Source of the DNA: Tubiluchus corallicola
Lineage: Eukaryota; Animalia; Priapulida
Assembly (NCBI GenBank): GCA_030141605.1
Contig: JAQGDQ010000152.1
Coordinates: 1 to 64,000 of the forward strand
Direction of reading: 5' to 3'
Length of the DNA: 64,000 bases
Below the pieces are notes generated by a model. The model searched no databases. It was not told the origin of the DNA and was given only the letters and a program-made list of their open reading frames with translations. Position 1 is the first letter of the stretch, and every line of letters starts with the position of its first letter. Position numbers and translations under genes: made by a program. Positions 58,901-64,000 of the stretch are shown here, in pieces.

Positions 58901-61900
58901 AGGAAAGCATACGGGATAACTTTGTCATTATTTACGAGTTATTAGATGAATTACTAGATTTTGGATATCCGCAAACGACGGACAGTAAGATTTTACAAGA
59001 GTAAGTATTGCCGAATATTTATGTTCTTTGCAATTGGCTGTATATCAGAATTAGATGTATAAAGTGTTGAGAAAAATAGTTTTTGTATATTTGTAATATG
59101 CATAGTAAATTTTGACAAAAACATTATCAGACATAGAAAATTTATTTTTTATTTGAAAAAGTTGAAGATCACGAAATAATAATTTTTCCAAATTTTTTGT
59201 CAACTTTTAATGAGTTTTAATTAATGGAAATTGAATAAGTAATGTGCAAATGTTTTCTTACAAAACTGTTCAACTGTCTGCTACAAACTGTTTAATGTAT
59301 TGTAAGAATTTGTAAGTAGGTGTAAAGATCAAAATGTCATTTTTAAGTTTTCCTTGTATTTTAGTAATTTCAGACTAATTTAAATGAATGTCGAGGTTTG
59401 TAAATTTGAAGATGTTTTCATAAAGTGGTACTTTGCTGTGATTCTACACTTAGTATCTATAATAATTTAATATTTTCTGGTTTCTTTACGACAGACCATA
59501 TGTTAATCCATGTTAACACAATTAGTACTCTATGTTAACTTAGTCATTATAAAGGAATAATCCAAAAACTATTGAAATTTAAGTTTTGATGCAAAAACTT
59601 GAAGAAAGCGCAGAAAATTTATGACTGTGCCTGGATTTGAACTAGGGACCTTCGTATTATGAGTCCAACACCACGACACTATAAAGGATTGTATTGTCTG
59701 GTGTTAACGGTATTGGATTTCTAGTACAGATGTTCCCGGTTCAAATCCAATTTCTGTCTTGACTTTTTCGCATCCTTTCAGTCAAGTTAATTTACAAAAT
59801 TTCAATGATCGTGGATTTGTTTTATCATTACTGGTGATCGTGAAATTAGACCTGCAAATAACGAATGAAATGCTGCAAGTTCGTGAATTGACCTTGACCT
59901 TTTTTGTTAAAGTCAATTTTGCATGAAATTTTGTTACAGTAAGATGTGCTATTTGGCGTAATAAAACAGATAAAAAATTGATAGCTCAGTACAGCAGTTT
60001 TCTCATAAGAATAAAACTGTTTTTCTTTAGGTATATAACACAAGAAGGGCACAAATTGGAAATCCAGCCTCGGCCACCTATGGCCGTCACAAATGCCGTG
60101 TCATGGCGATCAGAAGGAATCAAATATCGCAAAAATGAAGTTTTCTTAGATGTTATCGAATCTGTTAATCTATTGGTGAGTTTCTCGTGTACATTTTAAC
60201 TGTCAAACTATAATTTCTTTTTTTATGTTGAGATTTTGATGCGCAAATAGTCTAGCGAATTAATGTCATTATCAAACCAATAACGTTATTTTTTACTAAG
60301 AAAGCTGCTTGAAAGTCTCCATTTACGCATCAGTTTGACATGTTGTAATTGTATTTTCCTGCTGACTACACGGCCAAATCACGTTGAAAACACCGGTTCT
60401 CGTCTGATCACCGAAGTTAAGCAACGTAGAGCCTGGTTAGTACTTGGATGGGTGACCGCCTAGGAATACCAGGTGCTGTAGGCTTGCGGGATGCCCACAC
60501 TGTATCTCGATACTAGGCGGAAGAGCTGCACAAGCAGCCAACGGCTAGAGGGCGGAGTAGGTCAAGTGACCCAATGGCCATTTGTAGAGGAGTAAACCTT
60601 CCAAATCAGGAGTGGAGCCCCGAAGGCGGACCAGTGCAGCATGCTCACTGACTCTGGCAGCTCCTGCAGCCAAACTGGTGCCAAACGTATCGCTCCGCTT
60701 TCCTTTGGACTACACCAGGGAGGAAGAGAGGGGGTTCCTGTTGTCTGGGCAACTCAGGATCTCCAAACACTTTGTCCAGGTGTGCCCCCTGGAGACGTTC
60801 AAGGATCGCACTGCTCAGCCGCAGTCGACACTGCAGCTCCATCAATGTGATCAATAACTGACTCTCTTGGCACACACTCCATTGTCTTCCGAGACAGAAG
60901 GATGCCAACCATTTTCTTGCTACATTAGCAATGCAAAACCATGAACACTTTTATAGATGCAGGTTGCATTTTATAAGCCTTTCGTTTCGTGAATTCAAGA
61001 GAAATAAAATGAATTAGCTTCTCGAATGCTTATTCAATCGAAGTGAAAATCGATTTCACTCATTATTTGAATTGTTGTTATAATGATCATCTTATCATCT
61101 TTAAGAAATTTGAATGATTTATCATCTTAATTGATGGGGGATTGTAATATATAATTAATGACTCATAGTTCAACTCAATGTGGATCAGTTTACCTCCGCT
61201 AGAATCAAGATGTGAAATTACTAAATTTAGCGCCAAACATAACTTACTGTTGTGGAGATCGCTGGCATCTATTAGAATTACATACAACGTTACAGAATGT
61301 TCCGTTGGAATAATCGTCTTACCGTGAGAATGTTCTGGAACAAAACTTCTGGAAGCTTCTCGGGCACGCTATATAAGGCGTAGGAGGCTGCTGAGACAGA
61401 GACATGCAGATTCACACGGATGCCACTTACCCATTCTCTTGTGTACCTGTATTTTCAGATACACTCAAACGTTTTCCAGATTTTCACGTTTAGTGTAAAC
61501 ATTTCGCGTTCCTTCATACTTTTACGTTGTAGAATTCTCGCTTAATGAAGTAGTTTAATTTGACGAAGTGTTTACTGGTTTTCTCTACGAGCCGTCCGAG
61601 AGAAACAAAAGACAACACTTACCTATCAAGACATTTTTTGCTTTACAGTTAGCTGCTTGTTTGTTTGTTAAAAAGATCAGTTAATTAATTCATTACGTTA
61701 ATTAATTTAGGCAAATGCAAACGGTAATGTGTTGAGGAGTGAAATCGTCGGCTGCATCAAAATGCGCGTGTTCTTGAGCGGAATGCCGGAGTTGCGGCTA
61801 GGTTTGAATGACAAAGTACTATTTGAGAGCACCGGACGTAAGTCTTTCGCATTCTCATTCTGTTTGTTATCTTGTAAATTTGTCGAGAATCTGCTATGAC

Positions 61901-64000
61901 AGAGTGGCCACACAAAAATGTGAAATGGTATAATGAAGATAATCATTAGTGATAAAAACTGGAAGAACAGTTAATAAAGATATGAAGAGATACAGTGTTT
62001 TAATATATTTCTGTGAACTTTCTTAATTTGGAGTGTGCTAACCAGATGTGATATTACTTATGTTTAACTTTATACTGTTGTAACCGTTTTTTTATTTTAC
62101 TTAATTAGTAAATGTTTCAAAATAATTTTATTTCTTTACATGTCAAAAACCAACAAGACAACATTGAAATGATTAGCATCTCATTGAAGTTTTTATTTTC
62201 ATTATTCTCCACTAGGTGGCAAAAGTAAATCGGTAGAATTGGAGGATGTGAAGTTTCATCAGTGCGTACGTCTGTCTCGGTTCGAGAACGATCGTACGAT
62301 CTCTTTCATTCCACCGGATGGCGAATTTGAGCTGATGTCGTATCGACTGAACACTCATGTAAGTGTCTCCATTTCCTGCTATCCTACTCAGATTCTGAAC
62401 TTGTAACGTAATATGGCCATTGTAGTGACAAACTGAACCTATTTCCATAAGAAACCTGTTGACATTGCTTTTAAGTTATGCTGTTCATCTTGAAGCATGT
62501 TTTGTTTTCTAAGCGGTTTATTTACTTGCATTATAACTCTTTGCTGTTTTTTGTTTTTGATAATCAATGTATGATCAATTCAAATCATTTTATTTAGCAT
62601 GATGTATGGCCATTCAAATTGGAGGGGTGGTGAAGAACATATGTTCTTTCAGCCACTTCATCTCTGTTCTATTGCTAATCATTGCATTTTTGCACAAATC
62701 TTGTTCAGATCTTAGCTTAAGTTCAGTTTAGTAAGCTTTGAACTGCATGTTCATAATTTTAAATGTGTGTTTTACATGTTTTAAATGTTGTGTATTGACT
62801 GTATTTGGAGTAATCTTTATCAATCTTGTTTTACTTCTTGTTTTAAATGTTATGTATTGACTGTATTTGGAGTAATCTTTATCAATTTTGTTTTACTTCT
62901 TGTTTTAAATGTTGTGTATTGACTGTATTTGGAGTGATCTTTATCATTCTTGTTTTACTTCTTGTTTTAAATGTTGTGTATTGACTGCATTTGGAGTAAT
63001 CTTTATCAATCTTGTTTTACTTCTTGTTTTAAATGTTGTGTATTGACTGTATTTGGAGTAATCTTTATCAATTTTGTTTTACTTCTTGTTCTTAATGCAG
63101 CTTTTGCTGCAATTTTATTGAGTAAACAATTGTGTAAATTATGAAAAGATTCACAATATGCAGTTTCGATCGCTTTGAATTTATAAATAGAATTTATGTG
63201 TGTTTTGACATTTTATGACTCTAATGCAATGAATTTGAATAAGGTAAGTATGAGTGTGATTTTGTTACTGAAGAAGAGGCTGACATACGTGATTTATAGC
63301 CGGCAGGATTGTGCAGCTAGTTAATCCATAGTTAACATAGGAGCTGTGCTTTGCAGCTGTTTGTTTTTGCACATTATTGACGAATAAAAAGATGGATGTG
63401 CGTTCACAGTACTATAGTGCGGCAGAGTTTCTCCGCGATTATTTAAGAAAGGAAAACTAGGAGGGTGGTTTCCAGTTAAAGGCGAGTGCTTTACATGATA
63501 ACAGCTTGGCTTCATTTACATTTCCTTGCAGGTGAAGCCATTGATATGGATCGAATCTGTGATAGAGAGGCACGCGCACAGTCGAGTTGAATACATGGTG
63601 AAAGTAAGTTGATTTGCTAGCTAAATTCTCAGCTTTTCATTAGCATTGTCATACCTTTTTTGAGTTTTAACGTTGTCTGTAAAAAGAGGGTTACAATAAT
63701 AGTTAGCTACTTTTACAATTAGCTAGTTTCAGTGAACATGAGATCATAGTAAATTAACGTGATCAACAAAGGCACAGTACAACAAAAAAATTAGTTAGTT
63801 TCATTTGCCTTTTATCCGTACCTAATGTAAATGGAAAATTTCTTTGTATGCAGTTAGTTGGTTTTCTTCCACGAAATGGTCTTGCCCTAAAATTGGTGAA
63901 TTCGGTGCATTTATTACCCTTTTATTTTATAGAACTTAGTCAAGTTGCCTCATCAATAACTAGCAAAACAAATGAACATCCTTTACTTTCCAGGCAAAAA
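55951..64000 (+). CDS. AP1M1: AP-1 complex subunit mu-1 (AP47); continues past the window end
   Basis: Exons 55951-55992 (MSASAIFFLDIKGK), 56873-57029, 57611-57678, 58870-59000 ([37 protein letters not shown]), 60031-60175 (VSWRSEGIKYRKNEVFLDVIE), 61711-61837, 62216-62358, 63532-63603 and 63994 onward; all frame-compatible. Confidence 0.97.
57830..57975 (-). mobile_element. Degraded LINE 3' tail
   Basis: Minus strand reads FPLASYL*NSLAENCF, resembling the FP....LWNSLP motif. Confidence 0.35.
59555..59825. mobile_element. Degenerate palindrome with two back-to-back tRNA-like heads
   Basis: ggatttgaactagggacc (B-box on - strand) and tcccggttcaaatcc (B-box on + strand). The outer arms also pair (attgaaattt / aaatttcaat). 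Confidence 0.55.
60364..60910 (+). mobile_element. 5S rRNA-derived SINE (SINE3) with an RTE-like body and tail
   Basis: Full 5S-like head 60364-60485 without an oligo-T terminator, then a GC-rich body ending ccattgtcttccgagacagaaggatgccaacc. 11-bp TSD attttcctgct (60353-60363) / attttcttgct (60911-60921). Confidence 0.85.
61248..61617 (+). mobile_element. Solo LTR
   Basis: TGTTGT...ACAACA termini, perfect 5-bp TSD CTTAC on both sides, internal TATATAA at ~61370. Confidence 0.85.
62779..63090. repeat. 62-bp minisatellite, 5 copies
   Basis: ttttaaatgttgtgtattgactgtatttggagtaatctttatcaatcttgttttacttcttg at 62779, 62841, 62903, 62965 and 63027. Confidence 0.95.

Noticed and set aside
59620-59760. 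tRNA genes
   Set aside because: Only B-box-like arms remain and no convincing cloverleaf can be drawn.
60364-60485. Functional 5S rRNA gene
   Set aside because: No oligo-T terminator, altered 5' end, fused to a body and flanked by a TSD, so it is treated as a SINE head.
62779-63090. CRISPR-like array
   Set aside because: Head-to-tail repeats with no unique spacers, in a eukaryotic intron.

Overview
AT-rich, intron-containing DNA from an invertebrate animal; the taxon cannot be determined from the sequence. (1) 2.3-14.4 kb: a Notch/fibropellin-type array of 19 intact one-exon-per-domain EGF repeats followed by Ig-like exons. Part of it was amplified as a ~1.2-kb tandem unit that also carries a fold-back inverted EGF exon fragment and a splice-dead EGF pseudo-exon. 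(2) 14.6-26.5 kb: one apparently intronless 11.9-kb exon, broken by a single extra C. It encodes ~3,950 aa: EGF repeats, then nine super-repeats of thyroglobulin-1, WAP, antistasin-like and Cys-rich modules (~45 WAPs), a TM helix and a PDZ-type tail. (3) An LRR gene and a tectonin beta-propeller lectin gene. (4) Housekeeping genes LNPK (truncated), RRN3 (frameshifted), PGAP3 and AP1M1 (runs off the window). (5) Small mobile elements: a 5S-rRNA-headed SINE with TSD, a solo LTR, hAT- and TTAA-type MITEs, LINE tails and a tRNA-like palindrome. Several genes carry single-base lesions, so assembly error versus real decay needs checking. All calls were made by eye and from recalled family knowledge; no database searches were run.
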